This document shows, piece by piece, positions 45,101-55,500 of a stretch of 64,000 bases of DNA. Source of the stretch: Bacteroidia bacterium. Its GTDB lineage: Bacteria; Bacteroidota; Bacteroidia; Chitinophagales; Saprospiraceae. The position numbers were made by a program, and so were the translations under genes. The stretch is from contig JAUILF010000001.1 in NCBI GenBank assembly GCA_030433135.1, positions 2,891 to 66,890 of the forward strand, written 5' to 3'. Each line of letters opens with the position of its first letter. Position 1 is the first letter of the stretch. The notes below the pieces were generated by a model, which searched no databases, was not told the DNA's origin, and saw only the letters and a program-made list of their open reading frames with translations.

Positions 45101-47480
45101 CAAGTTGTGTTTTAATCCAGTTCCAGATGTCAGCCAAAGTTTCCCGAATTGGTGCTGTCACTTCCCAAATCCAATTGGCCGTTGATTTCAGCCATGCCCA
45201 GGCATCCCCGGCAAATTCCTGAATTGCTTCCCAGGCGGGTTTTCCATAACTATCCCAGAAGGCCGATACATAACGTGCTACAATTTGAACACGGCTCTTG
45301 ATCTCATCGAATGCCGGACCTAATAAATCTGATAGGAACTCGACCAGGGCGTCAATTTGCTGGTAGAAATCGCCGCATTCCTCCTCAATCGTCTCGCGCC
45401 ATTCTTTTAGCTTTTCCTTCGAATTGGCGAAGATGTTCTTTATTTTCTGGGCCAGTTCTCCATTTTGGATTTGTTTCTTTATTCCAGCAAATAAGGTGGC
45501 GATTTCCTCAACAATTTTTTCCTTTAGTTTCTCAGATAAACCTCCGGTCAGTAAGTCCCAAAGACCCGGTGCGACCCGGTCAAGCGCCAATCGAATGCCT
45601 TCCTGGGTCAATTCAGAAATGTCCTCGCCAACTTCCTCTGCAAATTCAACACCCTGATCGATCAATTCTCCGGCTGTTGCTGCAGCAGATGACAACCCTT
45701 CCCGACCAACTGAGATGGCCCCTTCACCCAGGCTAATCAGGTCATCCAGAAGGGACGGTTGTACAATTTCGTCATTTGATTTTTGCTTGATTGTTGCACC
45801 CTGCTGCACCGTATGAGTCAACTCGTGAGCCAGAAGATGCTGACCATCCTGAGCTTGCGGGTTGTATTTACCTTCATTGAAGTAGATGTCATTCCCGTGG
45901 GTGAAGGCTTGCGCATTCAGATCTTGATTCATCTGTACAGCTCTCGCATCTGTATGAATGCGAACCTCGCTGAAATCTTTTCCAAAAGCAGACTCCATTC
46001 CGGTTCGCGTATCCACATCCATAGGTGATCCCAGACCCTTTGCGCGATTCAGTTTGCCTTCGAGATCAGCTGACTGATTAGGTGATTTACCAGAAACTCT
46101 GGGTTGGATGACTTTCTCGTTGCCGGTGAATGCGGTCAGAAATCCGGCAAATTGACTCCTTGGTCTGGATCTTTCTACTACCTCACTGAAATTGCCGCTA
46201 TTGCCGTCAATGGATTCGATCGTATCGCCATGAACAGCTTTAATAATGCAATGATGCTGTTTCTCTTCAAAATATCCAATATCACCAGGTTGTGGATTTT
46301 CGGTTGGTTCCAAAGTGCCTTCATCTTTAACACCCCTGCCCGGCTTCCAATATCCCAAATCTATACCGGCCTTCTTGATACAATAAACAGCGAAGATGCC
46401 ACACCAGTGAGGGAATTCCTTAACGTACCTGACTTGTTCGATCACGGGGTCTGGCCACGCATCATTTGCAGCCAAATGAAAAATTTCCAGGAGATGCTTA
46501 GCCCCGACTCTGCGACCCGAACCATCGTCTTTGCTGGCCTCTATCTTTTCGACCATACCTTTGGCAATCTCTACGATCCTGTTTCTCCGGTTGCTTTCGT
46601 TGGTGCCACCTCCCACAAGTTGTATAGACGGAGATCGTTTGAACAGTATTGGATATTCTGTCTTTTCCATTTCCTTAGTTCTCCGTTGGATGGAAGAAAT
46701 AGAATTGATTACCAGCTTTGGCTGAACAGAGGACTTGCTGGTTGAATCGCTATCCCGGGCGAGCTTTTGCACAACCGTATCAGCGACGACATCTGCTTCT
46801 TTTTCATATGGATCATTGGGCTGACCAATGGTTAACTTTTTCTGTACTGCTGTATGGTTTTTCTCTTTTTCTTCGCATTTGCTGCACTTTTGTTGGATGT
46901 GTTCATCTTCATCCCCAATATCGTAGATGGCACTGCGTTGAAGGGAATCATCTTCTTGTTGTTCTTCATCCGATTCCTGATCATTCTCAATTTTTGCAAC
47001 TCTTTGTACCGTTGAAGTTGCCAAAGGTGTCAGAAGATCTGCCGGGGCCGAATTGGCGGCAATGGCAGATGAGTCTGCGGCCATAATTGAATTTGTTCCC
47101 GGAGGGTCATTTAAAGTATCGACAACATTTGACTCGATTTTTGATTTGGCCTGTATTTCCGGGGTGTCTTCGGGAGCTTTTTCGTCATCTTGCTTCTGGA
47201 TATCTGTTTGAGTCTTTTCCTGATCACTTTCGAAGATGGGTTTGGGTTGGATTGTCTCGTTTTCTTCCTCAGCTTCACAAGAGCTACATTTGGTTTGAAT
47301 AGTATTGTCTTTACCCTCAGAAATGCCCATTGTAATCAATTCCTCTGGAAAAAACTGAGCATCACAATAATGTCCTTGCTGTGAGAAGAAATAGCTTTGT
47401 GAATGAACAGAGTCAAAAAACGCTGAACCATTCTGTTTAGATTGATAAGTAGTGGTCTTATTTGATTTAGAAGCACGCAA
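42186..47480 (-). CDS. Giant eCIS-associated toxin, 1764 aa: CHAP/NlpC-P60-like - DUF4157 - Trp-rich helical/TM region - C-terminal beta-beta-alpha-Me nuclease-like domain
   Basis: TTG start.
- CHAP-like module: FPHWCGIFAVYCIKKAG ... GDIGYFEEKQHHCIIKAV..IESIDGNSG (nt about 46160-46430).
- DUF4157: ESAFGKDFSEVRIHTD...LLAHELTHTVQQ (nt about 45800-46000).
- Hydrophobic segments: IGGILLLISPFGPIILLY and IISFITGLVILFANPYFWPVYAVALMARLAW.
- C-terminal motif: WVKMHLLTEMLGGPALDSNLTPARSALNTEFYYQIE (nt about 42650-42770). This resembles the [RK].HL....LGG.....NL.P.....N......E motif of EssD/NucA-type nucleases. Confidence 0.85.
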   Translation of the reverse strand: MRASKSNKTTTYQSKQNGSAFFDSVHSQSYFFSQQGHYCDAQFFPEELITMGISEGKDNTIQTKCSSCEAEEENETIQPKPIFESDQEKTQTDIQKQDDEKAPEDTPEIQAKSKIESNVVDTLNDPPGTNSIMAADSSAIAANSAPADLLTPLATSTVQRVAKIENDQESDEEQQEDDSLQRSAIYDIGDEDEHIQQKCSKCEEKEKNHTAVQKKLTIGQPNDPYEKEADVVADTVVQKLARDSDSTSKSSVQPKLVINSISSIQRRTKEMEKTEYPILFKRSPSIQLVGGGTNESNRRNRIVEIAKGMVEKIEASKDDGSGRRVGAKHLLEIFHLAANDAWPDPVIEQVRYVKEFPHWCGIFAVYCIKKAGIDLGYWKPGRGVKDEGTLEPTENPQPGDIGYFEEKQHHCIIKAVHGDTIESIDGNSGNFSEVVERSRPRSQFAGFLTAFTGNEKVIQPRVSGKSPNQSADLEGKLNRAKGLGSPMDVDTRTGMESAFGKDFSEVRIHTDARAVQMNQDLNAQAFTHGNDIYFNEGKYNPQAQDGQHLLAHELTHTVQQGATIKQKSNDEIVQPSLLDDLISLGEGAISVGREGLSSAAATAGELIDQGVEFAEEVGEDISELTQEGIRLALDRVAPGLWDLLTGGLSEKLKEKIVEEIATLFAGIKKQIQNGELAQKIKNIFANSKEKLKEWRETIEEECGDFYQQIDALVEFLSDLLGPAFDEIKSRVQIVARYVSAFWDSYGKPAWEAIQEFAGDAWAWLKSTANWIWEVTAPIRETLADIWNWIKTQLGILQESASSIWNALKEIAATVWGEIKTYIQPILGPLRKIGGILLLISPFGPIILLYQAAPHIWNALRWIATNWKGWETLIQLKEYFANEILPLLQEGLQTLKSLLAPAIEWITTTISQLSEAVTEFFNSLGIIEMIEAIRTVIGDLRTVFHQIKEEFDKFVASIREEFDAVLSSASNLLSKLWECLRPIISFITGLVILFANPYFWPVYAVALMARLAWEVLPDDLKIAAIDYIIGLARGALDYFKPAGIIGSIWNVFKSGATAFLDRLDEYSADEKIRMMEKMLTFLVDPQTYGGYLMGMISGFVKQAVDLVTGVVSLTINIPNILTGIINFLRDLVPDLSFIQQIRERVQNISQRIEELLDIDSFVERVTEFLQNAPEIIIGWIEEKASSAAGKTEEWGRKFAESLFGKILNLNNYDLAFYIGEIIGRIVFEVLLTKGIGALLSKLASGISWLRNAMNAIRSGVRSAASGLLTKARALLDDAIKAVGDLFRRFGRRFGELFDDFKKLVDDFIAWVMRAIRGAAADRAQWLAFKTAVATRMAPINNQYEGVTRRAADNMFVGSIAPFRTVADRLPTLGLRVRDHDEDGYWHLYARRRFGLNPVARSVGEDVGRVLMNRRRRWGKGKKAIERRIEEGFDRSQLNKRDLDRIFSDYKQRYKYKELESQWDSHENDWNIMGEMSPRLKVAKIRVHTMPISSGDPPTIQRMNGQVAEVKIPPPEPPPLVKPNFRNNRKASSFEVEYLKQGRTTGGSPASSNSGRTLPGWSALPIEFRTGRGERWVKMHLLTEMLGGPALDSNLTPARSALNTEFYYQIERHAQGAVNHDKVIWYDVRISYHSSPHGDYINSITMEWGPYAYENDSWRKKRSGFRMDNVSIGGRHSRNPEPPDLSGGPQVVNMNSAGRIMIEGLSPIFDQSFAEVITSERRHNGDYRSITDLTTRLARIRSRFSSITTPRIVELRLLYQQGSISF

Positions 47481-47508
47481 AAATCAATGATTTATAATCA
47501 ACAAATTG

Positions 47509-50500
47509 TTACTTTTCTTTTGCCAATGGAATATGCCCTTTCAAGAGCTTGTTTCTGAAATATTGTTGTAAATTTTGAACCCGCATTAGCAGTTCATCGT
47601 CAGTAATTTGATTGGTAATCCAGAGATACTCTAGTTCATCGAGTCTAGTCTCGATTACTCCGTTATAAAAACTGTGATCTCCCCTGTGAAGTGATCTTTT
47701 TCCTGCACCAGGTATATCTCGGGTCTTGGGAAGAAAAATACCATTGTTAGCATCATTAATATTCCAATGACGCTGGAATTGGCGTCGAATGAACTGTATA
47801 ACTTTATGATTCCTTTGCTCAAAAGGTATAATGTGGTGTGCTTCCCAACCTTCAACCTTCGTTGGTGGATCTCCCAAATTTTTTCTGAGGTTATGTGCTG
47901 GATCCTTGGTTTCTCCTCTTCTTCCAAAAGATTTAATGGATATTCCATCAGTATCACCAAAGGTATAGCACAAAACATCGTCGGAATGCCTACACCATGT
48001 ATTCGATTTTTTTGTTTTTCTCCAAGTGTGGTTGTTAAACGAAATTTCTTCCGTGTAATAAGGGTCATCTTTCAAAGGTCGTTTAACACCTCCAGCTTTT
48101 GCCAGTTCCAGCTCCAAACGAGCTTCTTCTATGTTCAACTTCGGCGACTCCAAGCTCTTGGTGTGAGCAAGAAAATCATCTTCAGATTTAAATTTCTTAT
48201 TGAGTTGTCTATAAATCATTTCACCAGCCGCCACTTCATCTCCCTGTTGGATTAATTTGTTTAGTTCTGTTTCCGGTAAATTTCGATACGGACGATTTGT
48301 TGCTTTCTGCATTGCAGAAATTCGTCCTTTATTTACAGATTCCAATAACTGCTTAGTTCCATCCTCCAGATCATGTGAGACGCCATCGTTAATATACCTC
48401 TGGTTTTCACTTTGACACTGTTTCCATTTTTTTCTCAGAGCTTTTACCGATGTAAATCCTACGCCCGTTACCAACCTTCCAATGCCGTAAAGACTTGCTG
48501 CCAGATTTACTTGATTAAGTATTACCAGAAACTTTGGACCATATTTTGGAAAAGTTTTAATGATCCAGGATTTGTGCTCATTGATGATGGTAGTTAATAT
48601 CCCAATTGCCGCGGCAATTCGATCCGCCCAAATTACTGTCTTGGCAAACCATCCTGCCCCCTTAACTGCCCAGCCTCCAAGACCTCCAATTGCCAACGAA
48701 GAAACTTCACCAATCTTTGTGATTGTGCTTGTTTTCGTTAAGTTGGAATAAAGAATTAAACCAGATGCAGGTATATATTGTATGACCTCACCTTCATCAT
48801 ACAGTTTTACACCAACAAGTTGATTGGGATCAAGACGTATTTCATATGAACAGGGATCGCCATATTTACTTAGAGCTTGAATTTCTCTTCTAAATTTATT
48901 TGTACCACATACTCGCCTTGGATAATCAACAGCAATTTGACCATCTATCCACTTAGCACTCAAGGGTGCGTCATCAAGTACAGTTATGCCCATCTGTCGC
49001 AAAGGAAAAATTGGTGGATCCTTGGATTGATTAAGGAGGTCCTGAATAGGCATACTTCTCATTTTCGCGTGTAATATGGCAATAGAGCCCTCTTCGTCAT
49101 CATCAGATATCCAATCCGTAGACATGGCCTTAAACATTCGATCGATCAATTCAAGTCCGCCTTGCTTCAAAAACTTATCTATGTACGTAAAGTTTGTCGA
49201 CTTGGAAGGATTGACATACTTACTTGCAGGCTTGATAAACTCATAGGAGACCTCATCTCTATCACCTGAATCCAGTTTGTTTAATATGGCCAGTATTGTG
49301 GTGAAATAGGCTGGGCTAGATTTTGCCAACTTGAACAGATAATACCCTAGCCCTGATTCATCCAGCGTTCCAGCCCAAGAAGTAAACTCATCTATAATCT
49401 TGTTTTCTAGGTTAATTCCTTTTTGAGAAGCTATTAGCTTTTGAGCAAGAAGCAACCCCGGTATCCAAATGAATTGATTGGCTTTAAAACTCACTTTCTT
49501 CCAACTACCATCCAAGTTGTATCCTAAGTTCACCTCCGCTAGCACATTTACAAAATGTCGTAAATCGATGCCATCTATTATATACGGTTTATAGAATTTT
49601 TCTGCAATTGAAATGGCATAACCTGAAATACCTGATTCAATCCTATGAAGTTTGGCATCAGGGTCTGGAAGTCCTGTAGAGATATAATTTTTAGCTACAT
49701 AGCCAATATTGCCAAGTTCCGATTTCACTTTATACCAATCTCCAGGCAAATCGGAATATATCTTAAGTTTGGAATTGAATGGGAGTTGCTCAATAATATT
49801 TTCTTGATTGCCCGTAGTAGTTTCAGACCTTAATTTTAGTTTAGGCGATTTGTCCCATTTGACGACTCCTAACCTTTGCCCATCTTTCGCAAATTTTGAT
49901 TTAGTTTGATCAACAATCTCTTGTTGGGCTTGTTTATCTTTTTCATATTTCCTGGACTGATATGGAGCTTGTTTGGCATATCTGAACTCCCATCCTCCTG
50001 CACCCGGCAACATTTGCACAGTCCTACCTGAATCCCCTCCTCCCTGCTGAACCACGTGAGTCAATTCATGAGCCAGCAATCGTTTTCCCTCCTGGCTGTT
50101 TGAATTGTACTGACCCGTATTGAAATAAATATCCGAACCATGCGTAAATGCACGCGCCTTCAATTCGTGATTCATGGCTGATGATGTACTATCGGTGTGG
50201 ATTCGCACATGTGAAAAATCACGACCAAAACCACTTTCCATCTCCGACCTTGTTTGCCCGGACAATTGCTCACCCTTACCCCGCTGTTGATTCAGCTTTG
50301 CTGACAAGTGGTCGCTCGCGGGATTTGATCCACTCCGGGAGGCTTTTTGCTGAATTGATTCCTGATCCAATTCTGCATCGCAAACAGCGCATTTCTGTTG
50401 AATACTTCCTTGATCCCGGTCATCTTCATCCGATGCGAAAATCGGTTTTCTCCTTAATGGATTCCCTGTGGTTTCGTCCCGAACTACTTCCTCTTCTTCT

Positions 50501-50820
50501 TCCTTGCATTTCTCACACTTTCGTTGCAACGGTGAAATGGATGGCTGTGGGTTGACTCCGCGATAAGCAGGTGACGAAACCCGGTCCACAATTAGCTCAG
50601 CAGTACGATCTGCTTCTTGTTCATACTTGTCATCGGCTCTACCAATTTGAAGTTTCGGTTGAACCGTATTACCTGAAAAAAAAGATGACCGGCCTTTCGG
50701 TTGATAATCACCGGAATTGAAAAATGCACGATTCGATTCCTGGCCAAAAAAATCTTGATCTTTTTGGTCTGCTTGATGCTGCTGGGCAGCTGAGGTATAC
50801 CAGGAATAATAGTAGTGCAT
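47509..50820 (-). CDS. eCIS-associated toxin, 1103 aa: DUF4157 - SH3b-like - large middle region with TM-like segments - C-terminal AHH (HNH/EndoVII-fold) nuclease
   Basis: DUF4157 reads ESGFGRDFSHVRIHTD...LLAHELTHVVQQ (nt about 50045-50250). The SH3-like part is LKLRSETTTGNQENIIEQLPFNSKLKIYSDLPGDWYKVKSELGNIGYVAKNYI. The AHH motif is GWEAHHIIPFEQ...NNGIFLP...HRGDH (nt about 47700-47860). Confidence 0.85.
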   Translation of the reverse strand: MHYYYSWYTSAAQQHQADQKDQDFFGQESNRAFFNSGDYQPKGRSSFFSGNTVQPKLQIGRADDKYEQEADRTAELIVDRVSSPAYRGVNPQPSISPLQRKCEKCKEEEEEVVRDETTGNPLRRKPIFASDEDDRDQGSIQQKCAVCDAELDQESIQQKASRSGSNPASDHLSAKLNQQRGKGEQLSGQTRSEMESGFGRDFSHVRIHTDSTSSAMNHELKARAFTHGSDIYFNTGQYNSNSQEGKRLLAHELTHVVQQGGGDSGRTVQMLPGAGGWEFRYAKQAPYQSRKYEKDKQAQQEIVDQTKSKFAKDGQRLGVVKWDKSPKLKLRSETTTGNQENIIEQLPFNSKLKIYSDLPGDWYKVKSELGNIGYVAKNYISTGLPDPDAKLHRIESGISGYAISIAEKFYKPYIIDGIDLRHFVNVLAEVNLGYNLDGSWKKVSFKANQFIWIPGLLLAQKLIASQKGINLENKIIDEFTSWAGTLDESGLGYYLFKLAKSSPAYFTTILAILNKLDSGDRDEVSYEFIKPASKYVNPSKSTNFTYIDKFLKQGGLELIDRMFKAMSTDWISDDDEEGSIAILHAKMRSMPIQDLLNQSKDPPIFPLRQMGITVLDDAPLSAKWIDGQIAVDYPRRVCGTNKFRREIQALSKYGDPCSYEIRLDPNQLVGVKLYDEGEVIQYIPASGLILYSNLTKTSTITKIGEVSSLAIGGLGGWAVKGAGWFAKTVIWADRIAAAIGILTTIINEHKSWIIKTFPKYGPKFLVILNQVNLAASLYGIGRLVTGVGFTSVKALRKKWKQCQSENQRYINDGVSHDLEDGTKQLLESVNKGRISAMQKATNRPYRNLPETELNKLIQQGDEVAAGEMIYRQLNKKFKSEDDFLAHTKSLESPKLNIEEARLELELAKAGGVKRPLKDDPYYTEEISFNNHTWRKTKKSNTWCRHSDDVLCYTFGDTDGISIKSFGRRGETKDPAHNLRKNLGDPPTKVEGWEAHHIIPFEQRNHKVIQFIRRQFQRHWNINDANNGIFLPKTRDIPGAGKRSLHRGDHSFYNGVIETRLDELEYLWITNQITDDELLMRVQNLQQYFRNKLLKGHIPLAKEK

Positions 50821-50985
50821 ACCGAATCACTCAATTGACATCATTTTCACAAAGACGATCGCGATCAGTAAAACGCTAACCCACTCCACTGAAGGCAACC
50901 GTTATCATCAATGTGAAATATATTAGCTAATCGTTTTAATCAGGTCTTCTATCTGTACATGATCTTGTTTCATAACCTTTTATTT

Positions 50986-52539
50986 TTACACCCAATTCAC
51001 CCATAATACATCTTCCATCCACGGCAAATGAACAATACTGAGATTCCAGGGTAATTGATCTAGTAGGATATCGATAGTTTTTCGCTCAATTGTAATATTC
51101 CATCGTGATTCGTGGCGCACCAGCTTACCTTCACGTTGTAAAAAGCCTTCTTGCAAACTCGTATTACTCACCTGACCGAGTGCGCCCCAGTTCCGAACAA
51201 CAGCTTGTAACAGATGATCGGCCTCCTCCAAAACTGCGGGTTCCAGGTCTAAAAACCGGTCTACAGGTTGATGGATCGGTAATCCACAAATCACTTTCTG
51301 CAATACCAATTGACTTTCCGGAGGGTGTATTTGTTGTGTTGCCAGGTAATGTAATGTATGCACTGCCGAAACGCGACAGGCATGGGACTTAAATTGCTGA
51401 TTTTCAATATATCCCTGGTATTGCCAAAATCTCAACAAATAAGGATGCAATAAAACAATACCTGCATTGTTGATATGCCATTGATCCTGGCTGGAGTCTT
51501 CCTTCGATTCCGAATCAATACCCTTGTCTGATGACTCGTCCAACTTATGGGGCATTGCATTACTTGTTTGATCTTCATCTTCCGGTAATGGTTGAATCCT
51601 GACCTTTGGCCCTTGCAGATCATTATTCTCGATTTCTCCAGATTCATGGGTTTCAGGGAATTGTGCACCTTTGGCAGAATCAATTATAAGATCCATACCC
51701 TTTTGCCGAACCAATTCAAAGACCTGGCGCACTAGCGGTTGGGTAGACCTTAAACCAGTAGTAAGCAAGATTTTGTGGTCTCCCTGAATTTGATTGATCC
51801 AGGCTATTACAACCTGCATTGCGTGTTCTTGCCAATTCGATTTTTGAATTCTCCCGATTGATGCAAAAACAGCTTCCCAAAATTGAAATTGTAATGTTTG
51901 CAGATAAGCTACAAAGGGGGCTTTAGTGTCAACCTTTTGGCACTCCGTTTCCGTAAAGGTCATCCATTGCTCCAGAAAGTCAGCCAAAACATCGACATCA
52001 TGATTCACAATCTGCCTGACAACATCCCAAAGAAAGGAAGGAGAGAATTGTAAAATGAGTCTCTCCCGAGCTACATGGTTTGTTTGAAGGCAGGTTTTGA
52101 GTTTAAATTTGGCGGTAGGATTTGTGGTCAACCATTCGATCAGGAGCGATTCTTCAAATTCATATTGAAGCGAATTCCTTCCTGTTACAGTGCCATGGGT
52201 AAGAAATTCGATCCAACTTGTAAAGTAGTTTCCCTGGATATTTACCTGTTGAATCGTGTATGAATCCATTGCGGATTGCACCTGTTCTCTCAATTTTTGA
52301 GAAAACATGCGCATGAAGTGTTCCTTTCCGAGTTGATCCAATTGTACAGTTCCCAAATCAATTTCCAGGTGATCAATACAAGTCACGAATTCTTTCTGAC
52401 TTACCTGGTCAAAAATTACCTCCATCTGATGCTTCAGGTCAGCCCAGAATATTTGACTAAATCGGTCCTCAATCTGATTGACATCTTGTCGACTGGCCAG
52501 ATCCAATTGAATCGTACTATTTTCAATGTAATGGATCAT
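50986..52539 (-). CDS. Afp14/Pvc14-like contractile-injection-system tape-measure protein (tentative), 517 aa
   Basis: N-terminal IEDRFSQIFWADLKHQMEVIFDQV..EFVTCIDHLEIDLGTVQLDQL and C-terminal INNAGIVLLHPYLLRFWQ...RVSAVHTLHYLATQQ..PESQLVLQKVICGLP match the pattern I recall for eCIS tape-measure proteins. Its position between baseplate and cargo genes fits. Confidence 0.6.
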   Translation of the reverse strand: MIHYIENSTIQLDLASRQDVNQIEDRFSQIFWADLKHQMEVIFDQVSQKEFVTCIDHLEIDLGTVQLDQLGKEHFMRMFSQKLREQVQSAMDSYTIQQVNIQGNYFTSWIEFLTHGTVTGRNSLQYEFEESLLIEWLTTNPTAKFKLKTCLQTNHVARERLILQFSPSFLWDVVRQIVNHDVDVLADFLEQWMTFTETECQKVDTKAPFVAYLQTLQFQFWEAVFASIGRIQKSNWQEHAMQVVIAWINQIQGDHKILLTTGLRSTQPLVRQVFELVRQKGMDLIIDSAKGAQFPETHESGEIENNDLQGPKVRIQPLPEDEDQTSNAMPHKLDESSDKGIDSESKEDSSQDQWHINNAGIVLLHPYLLRFWQYQGYIENQQFKSHACRVSAVHTLHYLATQQIHPPESQLVLQKVICGLPIHQPVDRFLDLEPAVLEEADHLLQAVVRNWGALGQVSNTSLQEGFLQREGKLVRHESRWNITIERKTIDILLDQLPWNLSIVHLPWMEDVLWVNWV

Positions 52540-55500
52540 TTCTGATTCATTTTTCGCAGTAGGACATAGAACTTTTCAGCAGAACCGGATGGTAGCAATT
52601 TGGCCAACTCAGGATAATTCCAGCTTTGCAACAAATCAGATGTTGTCACACCAGCCTGCTCTATCTGAGCAAAAATTTCCTGGAGCTCGTTCTTATAGAT
52701 GACGCGATCCGGGTTGTCTATGACGAATTGGTCCAAACTCGCACAAATCACATGTGCCAACAACGATTTATATTCCTCTTCTTTTTTAGAATTCTTTCGC
52801 AAACCATATTGTAGGATCATTTGAACCACAGCTTGCAGATTCTGCAAACCAGGATTGGTATCGACATGAAACTTCGCCAATTCAAAAGTCCGGTTTCCAA
52901 TCGACCCGCCCAACAATTCAATCTTTTCTCGGTATCTTGATTTACGTGACCGAAGTGCCCGGTCTTTCTCCATTTCTCGATCGCCAGGCATGTCTGATTG
53001 ATCAACCTTAATCGCAATTTCGGGTGACTTTTTAAGAACTCCTGGTAATTGAATATCTGTGCTGATCGAATGAACCAACTCCATATTTTGTTTCCATTCT
53101 TTAATCGGTAAGGACAGCGACCTGCTATGACCTGGGATCGCCTGAAGTAATGGATTCAGTACATGTTTTCTTTCGGGAGTTGAGTGATAATAGAAATTGT
53201 AGAGCTTGGCCTGATTTATGGTGACAACTGCTTCTCCATTCGCCCTGCAACCTGGATCAGGATGATCTCCGGATTCATAAAATTCACAATCTGTAAGGCC
53301 CGATAACGCATGGATCAAATCACATTTTGCATTGGATTCGGGGCAAAGGGAAGCACCCCGGTGATACCGTAACCATCGCTTGTACTTCCTTTCAAAATCG
53401 CATAATTGTTTGGGATTGATCCAATTGATATCCAGATAAATATGAGCAGGAGCTTCGCGCAGTAATATTTGTTCGTACATCCGGCGCATTTCCTTTTGAT
53501 TCAAAGGTTTCGACCAACAGGGTAGAACCACACTTACCCTAAATGAGTAGGGATCGGCACCGGGCATGTATCTAGATTGAACGGCGTTGGCATTCTCCTG
53601 ACAGGGATCCTGACTGGTTTCATCCTCCACTGGTAACTCACAGTGGCAATCCGGATCATTTTGCATTAGACACTGGCAATCGAGTGGTTCCGTATGGTCA
53701 GGCCGCAGGAGAATATGTTCTACAATATGCATGCCTACCGGATACATGAGTTCCTTCGTTTTATTCAGTTGAGCTTGCATTTGCTTATCGCGCTCATAAC
53801 ACACCGGGTGTATTGCCAGGATCTGATCCGGATCAACAAACGAAAATGAATATGGCCCACAGTCGCGATCACTGCAAGATCGATATCTTGTCCGATCTTT
53901 GCTTGACGATATCAGACGATCTAAATCGGCCCGGGCATCGGCTAGAGTTTCATATAGTCTTGTATTCATCCAGATGATTACACCCCGAACTGGATAATCC
54001 TGCTCTTCCTCATGGCATGGATTACAGGGCCGGTCGTCAATTTTGAGATCGTTGGTCATGCTTTCACAGTATACCTGAAATCCGATACCCTCTTTTTCTT
54101 GCACAAATGGGAAATGCTTTGCGATCTGGACCAATTTTTTGATCGAAAATGGACCATGATGAACCAGGATTGGATTTACCGCTGAAGAATGACCATCAAG
54201 GTGATAATCATGTAATTGAATGCCTTGATCTGTCTCGGCATAAAACCGTTCTTCTCTGGCATAAGCCATCATCTCCAGCAATTTATCCTGACCAATCTGT
54301 TCGGCCTCAGCTGCGGTACCATGATCGCTCTGACCTTCCCAAATTGTCTCTCCCTGGATTGTTAAAATGAAAATATATGAGGCACCAACCTGTTTTGACT
54401 CCACTAAAAAATCAATCACAAGCGGGTTTGAACATTGTTGGTATACCTCACGGATTGCCACATCCCTGCCTTCAGGATGGTCATATTGACGTGGATGTTT
54501 CGCAATGTCATATTGAGAAGTGGTTATATAAAACGAACTGCAGTATTCGGGATTTTGTGTGACCTGCCGGCAAAAAGCATCTTCCCGGCAAGCAGCCTCC
54601 AGAAGTAAATCAAGTCCTGACCATGCCTCATCCTCTGATTGAAATCTTTGATTACTTTCCAGCAGGATATTCCATAGAGCAATCTGATGGCAACAATTCT
54701 CCTGGTCTAGATAAGGTCTCCCGTTCCCCTTGTATTGCAACAATGGCAGGAAATTTTTGAATGATTCCCATGCCTCTGCGATGGTGTTCCAACTTCTCCA
54801 ACTTGTCCAATGTACTTTGCATTCCTCATTTAGCTCGTTGGATATCAGGTGGAAATAATAGCTGAATGTATAGTTTGACTGGCATCCGTTTGATACAGCC
54901 TGGTCTTTATGTAATTTTTTAAGCCGGATCGGATAACTACAAGCCCAGTGAATGATCCGGGCCAATCCAAATTTGGTGCGAGTTTCAGCAGGAATCCAAG
55001 CAATTGGTTCATCCCCGGAAATGCAAATTGTGTTTTTGGTTTTTTCAGGTCGGGCTAAACGAATAACCCCCGGATAGTTCTCTTGTTTTGAGGCCTGCTC
55101 CAGCACTTCCAGATACTGAGCGGTAAAAGCTTCCCGCGCCTGTTCCTGTGAAGCATATCCTTGCCAACTCACAAAGTAAATGTCACCAGTACAAGAGTCT
55201 TTCAGTACAAAGTGAAAAAGTAAATCGATTTTAATGATCGCTTCACTTCCCATGCAAATTTGAGCAAACTGATAGCCATCCTTACTTGCTTTCAAGATTT
55301 CACGTAGCCGGGTGGTGTACGAATGATCCATTTTCTCATAGCATGCGCAAGGATCGTATGCTACAGGTTCGTTTTTATCGAGAACACGGTATACAAACTT
55401 TCCAGCCTTACTCTGCTCAGATTCCTTTACGAACGCTTCAAGATTTTTCGAGGTAATCATGCCCGTCCAATACCTGTATTCATCCGACGCTACATGAATT

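Noticed and set aside
46104-46745. Long antisense ORFs inside large minus-strand genes. Examples: 46104-46745 (213 aa), 14000-14431, 18987-19412, 23257-23700, 47767-48255, 50148-50555, 61275-61682, 45311-45736.
   Set aside because: They are shadow ORFs opposite genes with clear domain content. They have low-complexity or odd composition and no motifs.
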